This document shows, piece after piece, positions 1 through 11,000 of a DNA stretch of 64,000 nucleotides. A program made the translations under genes and the position numbers. Every line of letters begins with the position of its first letter. The first letter of the stretch is position 1. Below the pieces are notes generated by a model. That model was not told the DNA's origin. It saw only the letters and a list, made by a program, of their open reading frames with translations, and searched no databases. Source of the stretch: Paragordius varius (taxonomy: Eukaryota; Animalia; Nematomorpha); contig OZ176052.1 of assembly GCA_964247055.1 (NCBI GenBank), forward strand, positions 13,020,001-13,084,000. The letters run 5' to 3'.

Positions 1-369
1 ATACATTCTCTTAGTAGGACTACATCAAAATATAGAGATAGTTTGGCAAACTCTTTCATATCCGATTTTTACAACGATACTTTAAAAATTAATGTATTAA
101 ACTAGTCGCATCAATACTCAAGTTAAACTTTGTCCTTAAAAATCGAATATTGGTCACCGGTGAACAAAATTATTTTTTATACATTCTCTTAGTAAGACTA
201 CATCAAAATATAGAAATAGTTTGACAAACTCTTTCATATCCGATTTTTAAAACGATACTTTAAAAATTAATGTATAAAACTAGTCGTATCAATAAATCGC
301 ATCAATACTCAAGTTAAACTTTGTCCTTAAAAATCGGATATTGCTCACCGGTGAACAAAATAATTTTTT

Positions 370-3238
370 ATACATTCTCTTAGTAAGACTACATCAAAAT
401 ATAGAAATAGTTTGACAAACTCTTTCATATACGATTTTTACAACGATACTTTAAAAATTAATGTATTAAACTAGTCGCATCAATACTCAAGTTAAACTTT
501 GTCCTTAAAAATCGGATATTAGTCACCGGTGAATAAAATTATTTTTTATATATTCTCTTAGTAAGACTACATCAAAATATAGAAATATTTTGACAAACTC
601 TTTCACATCCGATTTTTACAACGATACTTTAAAAAATAATGTATAAAACTAGTCGCATCAATACTCAAGTTAAATTTTGTCCTTAAAAATCGAATATTGG
701 TCACCGGTGAACAAAATTTATTTTTATACATTCTCTTAGTAAGACTACATCAAAATATAGAAATAGTTTGACAAACTCTTTCATATCCGATTTTTACAAC
801 GATACTTTAAAAATTATGGTATTAAACCAGTCGCATCAATACTCAAGTTAAACTTTGTCCTTAAAAATCGGATATAGGTCACCGGTGAACAAAACTATTT
901 TTTATACATACTCTTAGTAAGACTACATCAAAATATAGAGATAATTTGACAAACCCTTTCATATCCGATTTTTACAACGATACTTTAAAAATTAATGTAT
1001 AAAACTAGGCGTATCAATAAATCGCATCAATACTCAAGTTAAACTTTGTCCTTAAAAATCGGATATTGGTCACCGGTGAACAAAATTAATTTTTAAACAT
1101 TCTCTTAGTAGGACTACATCAAAATATATAGATAGTTTGGCAAACTGTTTCATATCCGATTTTTACAACGATACTTTAAAAATTAATGTAAAAAACTAGT
1201 CGCATCAATACTCAAGTTAAATTTGTCCTTAAAAATCGGATATTGGTCACCGGTGAATTAAATTATTTTTCATACATTCTCTTAGTAAGACTACATCAAA
1301 ATATAGAAATAGTTTGACAAACTCTTTCATATCCGATTTTTAAAACGATACTTTAAAAATTAATGTATTAAACTAGTCGCATCAATACTCAAGTTAAACT
1401 TTGTCCTTAAAAATCGGATATTGGTCACCGGTAAACAAAATTATTTTTTATACATTCTCTTAGTAAGATAACATCAAAATATAGAAATAGTTTGACAAAC
1501 TCTTTCATATCCGATTTTTACAACGATACTTTAAAAATTATGGTATTAAACCAGTCGCATCAATACTCAAGTTAAACTTTGTCCTTAAAAATCGAATATT
1601 AGTCACCGGTGAACAAAATTTTGTTTTATACATTCTCTTAGTAATACTACATCAAAATATATAGATAGTTTGACAAACTCTTTCATATCCGATTTTTACA
1701 ACGATACTTTAAAAATTAATGTATTAAACTAGTCGCATCAATACTCAAGTTAAACTTTGTCCTTAAAAATCGGATATTGGTCACCGGTGAATAAAATAAT
1801 TTTTTATACATTCTCTTAGTAAGACTACATCAAATTATAGAAATAGTTTGACAAACTCTTTCATATACGATTTTTACAACGATACTTTAAAAATTAATGT
1901 AAACTAGTCGCATCAATACTCAAGTTAAACTTTGTCCTTAAAAATCGGATATTAGTCACCGGTGAATAAAATTATTTTTTATATATTCTCTTAGTAAGAC
2001 TACATCAAAATATAGAAATATTTTGACAAACTCTTTCACATCCGATTTTTACAACGATACTTTAAAAATTAATGTATAAAACTAGTCGCATCAATACTCA
2101 AGTTAAATTTTGTCCTTAAAAATCGAATATTGGTCACCGGTGAACAAAATTTATTTTTATACATTCTCTTAGTAAGACTACATCAAAATATAGAAATAGT
2201 TTGACAAACTCTTTCATATCCGATTTTTACAACGATACTTTAAAAATTATGGTATTAAACCAGTCGCATCAATACTCAAGTTAAACTTTGTCCTTAAAAA
2301 TCGGATATAGGTCACCGGTGAACAAAACTATTTTTTATACATACTCTTAGTAAGACTACATCAAAATATAGAGATAATTTGACAAACCCTTTCATATCCG
2401 ATTTTTACAACGATACTTTAAAAATTAATGTATAAAACTAGGCGTATCAATAAATCGCATCAATACTCAAGTTAAACTTTGTCCTTAAAAATCGGATATT
2501 GGTCACCGGTGAACAAAATTAATTTTTAAACATTCTCTTAGTAGGACTACATCAAAATATATAGATAGTTTGGCAAACTGTTTCATATCCGATTTTTACA
2601 ACGATACTTTAAAAATTAATGTAAAAAACTAGTCGCATCAATACTCAAGTTAAATTTGTCCTTAAAAATCGGATATTGGTCACCGGTGAATTAAATTATT
2701 TTTCATACATTCTCTTAGTAAGACTACATCAAAATATAGAAATAGTTTGACAAACTCTTTCATATCCGATTTTTAAAACGATACTTTAAAAATTAATGTA
2801 TTAAACTAGTCGCATCAATACTCAAGTTAAACTTTGTCCTTAAAAATCGGATATTGGTCACCGGTAAACAAAATTATTTTTTATACATTCTCTTAGTAAG
2901 ATAACATCAAAATATAGAAATAGTTTGACAAACTCTTTCATATCCGATTTTTACAACGATACTTTAAAAATTATGGTATTAAACCAGTCGCATCAATACT
3001 CAAGTTAAACTTTGTCCTTAAAAATCGAATATTAGTCACCGGTGAACAAAATTTTGTTTTATACATTCTCTTAGTAATACTACATCAAAATATATAGATA
3101 GTTTGACAAACTCTTTCATATCCGATTTTTACAACGATACTTTAAAAATTAATGTATTAAACTAGTCGCATCAATACTCAAGTTAAACTTTGTCCTTAAA
3201 AATCGGATATTGGTCACCGGTGAATAAAATTATTTTTC
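370..3238 (+). repeat. 8-monomer higher-order repeat, two tandem copies (period 1433 bp)
   Basis: Rare markers repeat in the same order 1433 bp apart: ATATATTCTC/TTTCACATCC (548 vs 1981), GGATATAGGTC, AAACCCTTTC, TAAACATT, AGATAAC, ATTTTGTTTT, GTAATAC. Confidence 0.92.
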
Positions 3239-3978
3239 ATACATTCTCTTAGTAAGACTACATCAAAATATAGAAATAGTTTGACAAACTCTTTCATATC
3301 CGATTTTTAAAACGATACTTTAAAAATTAATGTATTAAACTAGTCGCATCAATACTCAAGTTAAACTTTGTCCTTAAAAATCGGATATTGGTCACCGGTA
3401 AACAAAATAATTTTTTATACATTCTCTTAGTAAGACTACATCAAAATATAGAAATAGTTTGACAAACTCTTTCATATCCGATTTTTACAACGATAATTTA
3501 AAAATTAATGTATTAAACTAGTCGCATGAATACTCAAGTTAAACTTTGTCCTTAAAAATCGGATATTGGTCACCGGTGAATAAAATTATTTTTCATACAT
3601 TCTCTTAGTAGGACTACATCAAAATATAGAGATAGTTTGGCAAACTGTTTCATATCCGTTTTTACAACGATACTTTAAAAATTAATGTATAAAACTAGTC
3701 GCATCAATACTCAAGTTAAACTTTGTCCTTAAAAATCGAATATTGGTCACCGGTGAACAAATTTATTTTTTATACATTCTCTTAGTAAGATAACATCAAA
3801 ATATAGAAATAGTTTGACAAACTCTTTCATATCCGATTTTTACAACGATACTTTAAAAATTATGGTATTAAACCAGTCGCATCAATACTCAAGTTAAACT
3901 TTGTCCTTAAAAATCGGATATTGGTCACCGGTAAACAAAATAATTTTTTATACATTCTCTTAGTAAGACTACATCAAA

Positions 3979-4010
3979 ATATAGAAATAGTTTGACAAAC
4001 TCTTTCATAT
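3979..4010. repeat. Intra-monomer dyad with core AGTTTG-A-CAAACT, extending imperfectly to ATAT(A)GAAA..TTTCATAT (example copy)
   Basis: 3989-4001 has 6-bp perfect arms around one base. The flanking GAAA/TTTC and ATAT/ATAT also pair, with one mismatch and one bulge. Confidence 0.9.
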
Positions 4011-4099
4011 CCGATTTTTACAACGATACTTTAAAAATTAATGTATTAAACTAGTCGCATCAATACTCAAGTTAAACTTTGTCCTTAAAAATCGGATAT
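4007..4099. repeat. Intra-monomer perfect 14-bp inverted repeat ATATCCGATTTTTA ... TAAAAATCGGATAT with 65-bp spacer (example copy; present in most monomers)
   Basis: The left arm at 4007-4020 and the right arm at 4086-4099 are exact reverse complements (monomer positions 58-71 and 137-150). Confidence 0.95.
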
Positions 4100-4102
4100 T
4101 GG

Positions 4103-4112
4103 TCACCGGTGA
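4103..4112. repeat. Intra-monomer perfect 10-bp palindrome TCACCGGTGA (example copy; contains AgeI ACCGGT and SgrAI CACCGGTG sites)
   Basis: Read directly at monomer positions 154-163. It is the GC-richest patch of the unit. Confidence 0.95.
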
Positions 4113-5385
4113 ATAAAATTATTTTTCATACATTCTCTTAGTAGGACTACATCAAAATATAGAGATAGTTTGGCAAACTGTTTCATATCCGATTTTTACA
4201 ACGATACTTTAAAAATTAATGTATAAAACTAGTCGCATCAATACTCAAGTTAAACTTTGTCCTTAAAAATCGAATATTGGTCACCGGTGAACAAAATTAT
4301 TTTTTATACATTCTCTTAGTAAGATAACACTAAAATATAGAAATAGTTTGACAAACTCTTTCATATCCGATTTTTACAACGATACTTTAAAAATCATGGT
4401 ATTAAACCAGTCGCATCAATACTCAAGTTAAACTTTGTCCTTAAAAATCGGATATTGGTCACCGGTAAACAAAATAATTTTTTATACATTCTCTTAGTAA
4501 GACTACATCAAAATATAGAAATAGTTTGACAAACTCTTTCATATCCGATTTTTACAACGATACTTTAAAAATTAATGTATTAAACTAGTCGCATCAATAC
4601 TCAAGTTAAACTTTGTCCTTAAAAATCGGATATTGGTCACCGGTGAATAAAATTATTTTTCATACATTCTCTTAGTAGGACTACATCAAAATATAAGATA
4701 GTTTGGCAAACTGTTTCATATCCGATTTTTACAACGATACTTTAAAAATTAATGTATAAAACTAGTCGCATCAATACTCAAGTTAAACTTTGTCCTTAAA
4801 AATCGAATATTGGTCACCGGTGAACAAAATTATTTTTTATACATTCTCTTAGTAAGACTACATCAAAATATAGAAATAGTTTGACAAACTCTTTCATATC
4901 CGATTTTTGAAACGATACTTTAAAAATTAATGTATAAAACTAGTCGTATCAATACTCAAGTTAAACTTTGTCCTTAAAAATCGAATATTGGTCACCGGTG
5001 AACAAAATTATTTTTTATACATTCTCTTAGTAAGACTACATCAAAATATAGAAATAGTTTGACAAACTCTTTCATATCCGATTTTTAAAACGATACTTTA
5101 AAAATTAATGTATAAAACTAGTCGTATCAATAAATCGCATCAATACTCAAATTAAACTTTGTCCTTAAAAATCGGATATTGGTCACCAGTGAACAAAATA
5201 ATTTTTTATACATTCTCTTAGTAAGACTACATCAAAATATAGAAATAGTTTGACAAACTCTTTCATATACGATTTTTACAACGATACTTTAAAAATTAAT
5301 GTATTAAACTAGTCGCATCAATACTCAAGTTAAACTTTGTCCTTAAAAATCGAATATTGGTCACCGGTGAACAAAATTATTTTTT

Positions 5386-7547
5386 ATACATTCTCTAAGT
5401 AAGACTACATCAAAATATAGAAATAGTTTGACAAACTCTTTCATATCCGATTTTTAAAACGATACTTTAAAAATTAATGTATAAAACTAGTCGTATCAAT
5501 AAATCGCATCAATACTCAAGTTAAACTTTGTCCTTAAAAATCGGATATTGGTCACCGGTGAACAAAATAATTTTTTATACATTCTCTTAGTAAGACTACA
5601 TCAAAATATAGAAATAGTTTGACAAACTCTTTCATATACGATTTTTACAACAATACTTTAAAAATTAATGTATTAAACTAGTCGCATCAATACTCAAGTT
5701 AAACTTTGTCCTTAAAAATCGGATATTGGTCACCGGTGAATAAAATTATTTTTTATATATTCTCTTAGTAAGACTACATCAAAATATAGAAATAGTTTGA
5801 CAAACTCTTTCATATCCGATTTTTACAACGATACTTTAAAAATTAATGTATTAAACTAGTCGCATCATTACTCAAGTTAAACTTTGTCCTTAAAAATCGA
5901 ATATTGGTCACCGGTGAACAAAATTATTTTTTATACATTCTCTTAGTAAGACTACATCAAAATATAGAAATAGTTTGACAAACTCTTTCATATCCGATTT
6001 TTACAACGATACTTTAAAAATTATGGTATTAAACCAGTCGCATCAATACTCAAGTTAAACTTTGTCCTTAAAAATCGAATATTGGTCACCGGTGAACAAA
6101 ATTATTTTTTATACATTCTCATAGTAAGACTACATCAAAATATAGAGATTGTTTGACAAACTCTTTTATATCCGATTTTTAAAACGATACTTTAAAAATT
6201 AATGTATTAAACTAGTCGCATCAATACTCAAGTTAAACTTTGTCCTTAAAAATCGGATATTGGTCACCGGTGAACAAAATAATTTTTTATACATTCTCTT
6301 AGTAAGACTACATCAAAATATAGAAATAGTTTCACAAACTCTTTCATATCCGATTTTTACAACGATACTTTAAAAATTAATGTATTAAACTAGTCGCATC
6401 AATACTCAAGTTAAACTTTGTCCTTAAAAATCGAATATTGGTCACCGGTGAACAAAATTATTTTTTATACATTCTCTTAGTAAGACTACATCAAAATATA
6501 GAAATAGTTTGACAAACTCTTTCATATCCGATTTTTAAAACGATACTTTAAAAATTAATGTATAAAACTAGTCGTATCAATAAATCGCATCAATACTCAA
6601 GTTAAACTTTGTCCTTAAAAATCGGATATTGGTCACCGGTGAACAAAATAATTTTTTATACATTCTCTTAGTAAGACTACATCAAAATATAGAAATAGTT
6701 TGACAAACTCTTTCATATACGATTTTTACAACGATACTTTAAAAATTAATGTATTAAACTAGTCGCATCAATACTCAAGTTAAACTTTGTCCTTAAAAAT
6801 CGGATATTGGTCACCGGTGAATAAAATTATTTTTTATATATTCTCTTAGAAAGACTACATCAAAATATAGAAATAGTTTGACAAACTCTTTCATATCCGA
6901 TTTTTACAACGATACTTTAAAAATTAATGTATTAAACTAGTCGCATCATTACTCAAGTTAAACTTTGTCCTTAAAAATCGAATATTGGTCACCGGTGAAC
7001 AAAATTATTTTTTATACATTCTCTTAGTAAGACTACATCAAAATATAGAAATAGTTTGACAAACTCTTTCATATCCGATTTTTACAACGATTCTTTAAAA
7101 ATTATGGTATTAAACCAGTCGCATCAATACTCAAGTTAAACTTTGTCCTTAAAAATCGAATATTGGTCACCGGTGAACAAAATTAATTTTTATACATTCT
7201 CTTAGTAAGACTACATCAAAATATAGAAATAGTTTGACAAACTCTTTTATATCCGATTTTTAAAACGATACTTTAAAAATTAATGTATTAAACTAGTCGC
7301 ATCAATACTCAAGTTAAACTTTGTCCTTAAAAATCGGATATTGGTCACCGGTGAACAAAATAATTTTTTATACATTCTCTTAGTAAGACTACATCAAAAT
7401 ATAGAAATAGTTTCACAAACTCTTTCATATCCGATTTTTACAACGATACTTTAAAAATTAATGTATTAAACTAGTCGCATCAATACTCAAGTTAAACTTT
7501 GTCCTTAAAAATCGGATATTGGTCACCGGTGAACAAAATTATTTTTT
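5386..7547 (+). repeat. 6-monomer higher-order repeat, two tandem copies (period 1081 bp = 6x178+13)
   Basis: CGCATCATTA at 5861 and 6942. ATACGA, ATATATT, CTTTTATATCC and TTTCAC markers recur in the same order at the same offset. Confidence 0.88.
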
Positions 7548-8081
7548 ATACATTCTCTTAGTAGGACTACATCAAAATATAGAAATAGTTTGACAAACTC
7601 TTTCATATCCGATTTTTACAACGATACTTTAAAAATTATGGTATTAAACCAGTCGCATCAATACTCAAGTTAAACTTTGTCCTTAAAAATCGGATATTGG
7701 TCACCGGTGAAAAAAATTATTTTTTATACATTTTCTTAATAGGACTACATCAAAATATAGAGATAGTTTGACAAACTCTTTCATATCCGATTTTTACAAC
7801 GATACTTTAAAAATTATGGTATTAAACCAGTCGCATCAATACTCAAGTTAAACTTTGTCCTTAAAAATCGGATATTGGTCACCGGTGAACAAAATTAATT
7901 TTTATACATTCTCTTAGTAGGACTACATCAAAATATAGAAATAGTTTGACAAACTCTTTCATATCCGATTTTTACAACGATACTTTAAAAATTAATGTAT
8001 TAAACTAGTCGCATCAATACTCAAGTTAAACTTTGTCCTTAAAAATCGGATATTGGTCACCGGTGAACAAAATAATTTTTT

Positions 8082-11000
8082 ATACATTCTCTTAGTAAGA
8101 CTACATCAAAATATAGAAATAGTTTCACAAACTCTTTCATATCCGATTTTTACAACGATACTTTAAAAATTAATGTATTAAACTAGTCGCATCAATACTC
8201 AAGTTAAACTTTGTCCTTAAAAATCGGATATTGGTCACCGGTGAACAAAATTATTTTTTATACATTCTCTTAGTAAGACTACATCAAAATATAGAAATAG
8301 TTTGACAAACTCTTTCATATCCGATTTTTAAAACGATACTTTAAAAATTAATGTATTAAACTAGTCGCATCAATACTCAAGTTAAACTTTGTCCTTAAAA
8401 ATCGGATATTGGTCACCGGTGAACAAAATAATTTTTTATACATTCTCTTAGTAACACTACATCAAAATATAGAAATAGTTTGACAAACTCTTTCATATCC
8501 GATTTTTACAACGATACTTTAAAAATTAATGTATTAAACTAGTCGCATCAATACTCTAGTTAAACTTTGTCCTTAAAAATCGGATATTGGTCGCCGGTGA
8601 ACAAAATTATTTTTTATACATTCTCTTATTAGGACTACATAAATATAGAGATAGTTTGGCAAACTGCTTCATATCCGATTTTTACAACGATACTTTAAAA
8701 ATTAATGTATAAAACTAGGCGTATCAATAAATCGCATCAATACTCAAGTTAAACTTTGTCCTTAAAAATCGGATATTGGTCACCGGTGAACAAAATTGAT
8801 TTTTATACATTCTCTTAGTAGGACTACATAAAAATATAGAGATAGTTTGGCAAACTGTTTCATATCCGATTTTTACAACGATACTTTAAAAATTAATGTA
8901 TAAAACTAGTCGCATCAATACTCAAGTTAAACTTTGTCCTTAAAAATCGGATATTGGTCACCGGTGAATAAAATTATTTTTCATACATTCTCTTAGTAAG
9001 ACTACATCAAAATATAGAAATAGTTTGACAAACTCTTTCATATCCGATTTTTTAAACGATACTTTAAAAATTAATGTATTAAACTAGTCGCATCAATACT
9101 CAAGTTAAACTTTGTCCTTAAAAATCGGATATTGGTCACCGGTAAACAAAATAATTTTTTATACATTCTCTTAGTAAGACTACATCAAAATATAGAAATA
9201 GTTTGACAAACTCTTTCATATCCGATTTTTACAACGATACTTTAAAAATTAATGTATTAAACTAGTCGCATCAATACTCAAGTTAAACTTTGTCCTTAAA
9301 AATCGGATATTGGTCACCGGTGAACAAAACTATTTTTTATACATACTCTTAGCAAGACTACATCAAAATATAGAGATAATTTGACAAACTCTTTCATATC
9401 CGATTTTTACAACGATACTTTAAAAATTATGGTATTAAACCAGTCGCATCAATACTCAAGTTAAACTTTGTCCTTAAAAATCGGATATTGGTCACCGGTG
9501 AACAAAACTATTTTTTATACATACTCTTAGCAAGACTACATCAAAATATAGAGATAATTTGACAAACTCTTTCATATCCGATTTTTACAACGATACTTTA
9601 AAAATTAATGTATAAAACTAGGCGTATCAATAAATCGCATTAATACTCAAGTTAAACTTTGTCCTTAAAAATCGGATATTGGTCACCGGTGAACAAAATT
9701 AATTTTTATACATTCTCTTAGTAGGACTACATCAAAATATATAGATAGTTTGGCAAACTGTTTCATATCCGATTTTTACAACGATACTTTAAAAATTAAT
9801 GTAAAAAACTAGTCGCATCAATACTCAAGTTAAACTTTGTCCTTAAAAATCGGATATTGGTCACCGGTGAACAAAATAATTTTTTATACATTCTCTTAGT
9901 AAGACTACATCAAAATATAGAAATAGTTTCACAAACTCTTTCATATCCGATTTTTACAACGATACTTTAAAAATTAATGTATTAAACTAGTCGCATCAAT
10001 ACTCAAGTTAAACTTTGTCCTTAAAAATCGGATATTGGTCACCGGTGAACAAAATTAATTTTTATACATTCTCTTAGTAGGACTACATCAAAATATAGAG
10101 ATAGTTAGCAAACTGTTTCATATCCGATTTTTACAACGATACTTTAAAAATTAATGTATAAAACTAGTCGCATCAATACTCAAGTTAAACTTTGTCCTTA
10201 AAAATCGAATATTGGTCACCGGTGAACAAAATTTATTTTTATACATTCTCATAGTAAGACTACATCAAAATATAGAAATAGTTTGACAAACTCTTTCATA
10301 TCCGATTTTTACAACGATACTTTAAAAATTATGGTATTAAACCAGTCGCATCAATACTCAAGTTAAACTTTGTCCTTAAAAATCGGATATTGGTCACCGG
10401 TGAACAAAACTATTTTTTATACATACTCTTAACAAGACTACATCAAAATATAGAGATAATTTGACAAACTCTTTCATATCCGATTTTTACAACGATACTT
10501 TAAAAATTAATGTATAAAACTAGGCGTATCAATAAATCGCATCAATACTCAAGTTTTGTCCTTAAAAATCGGATATTGGTCACCGGTGAACAAAATTAAT
10601 TTTTATACATTCTCTTAGTAGGACTACATCAAAATATATAGATAGTTTGGCAAACTGTTTCATATCCGATTTTTACAACGATACTTTAAAAATTAATGTA
10701 AAAAACTAGTCGCATCAATACTCAAGTTAAACTTTGTCCTTAAAAATCGGATATTGGTCACCGGTGAACAAAATTAATTTTTATACATTCTCTTAGTAGG
10801 ACTACATCAAAATATAGAGATAGTTTGGCAAACTGTTTCATATCCGATTTTTACAACGATACTTTAAAAATTAATGTATAAAACTAGTCGCATCAATACT
10901 CAAGTTAAACTTTGTCCTTAAAAATCGAATATTGGTCACCGGTGAACAAAATTTATTTTTATACATTCTCATAGTAAGACTACATCAAAATATAGAAATA

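Larger units (their letters stand above)
3239..4838 (+). repeat. 3-monomer higher-order repeat, about three copies (period 534 bp)
   Basis: AAGATAAC at 3787 and 4321 (534 apart). The cycle of a GGTAAAC-ending unit, a GAATA..TTCAT-ending unit and a GTAGG..GGCAAACTG unit repeats three times. Confidence 0.85.

Noticed and set aside
1-178. Arabidopsis CEN178/CEN180, primate alpha satellite or Drosophila 359-bp (1.688) satellite
   Set aside because: Only the length class is similar. I see no sequence resemblance to those consensuses as I know them; for example, there is no HindIII AAGCTT site, which is typical of CEN180. I did not assign a host.
3950-4127. Monomer as an ancient dimer of ~89-bp halves (TAGT, CATCAA and TTTG recur at offsets of 86-91)
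   Set aside because: The matches are only 4-6 bp in very AT-rich sequence with inconsistent offsets, which cannot be distinguished from chance without a statistical self-alignment.
3950-4127. Strict 10-bp phasing of A-tracts (intrinsic curvature)
   Set aside because: A/T tracts are abundant, but their spacing by eye is irregular. A curvature or periodicity calculation would be needed before making the claim.
8620-8640. Telomeric TTAGG motif in the TTATTAGG variant
   Set aside because: These are isolated single pentamers created by a SNP, never tandem.
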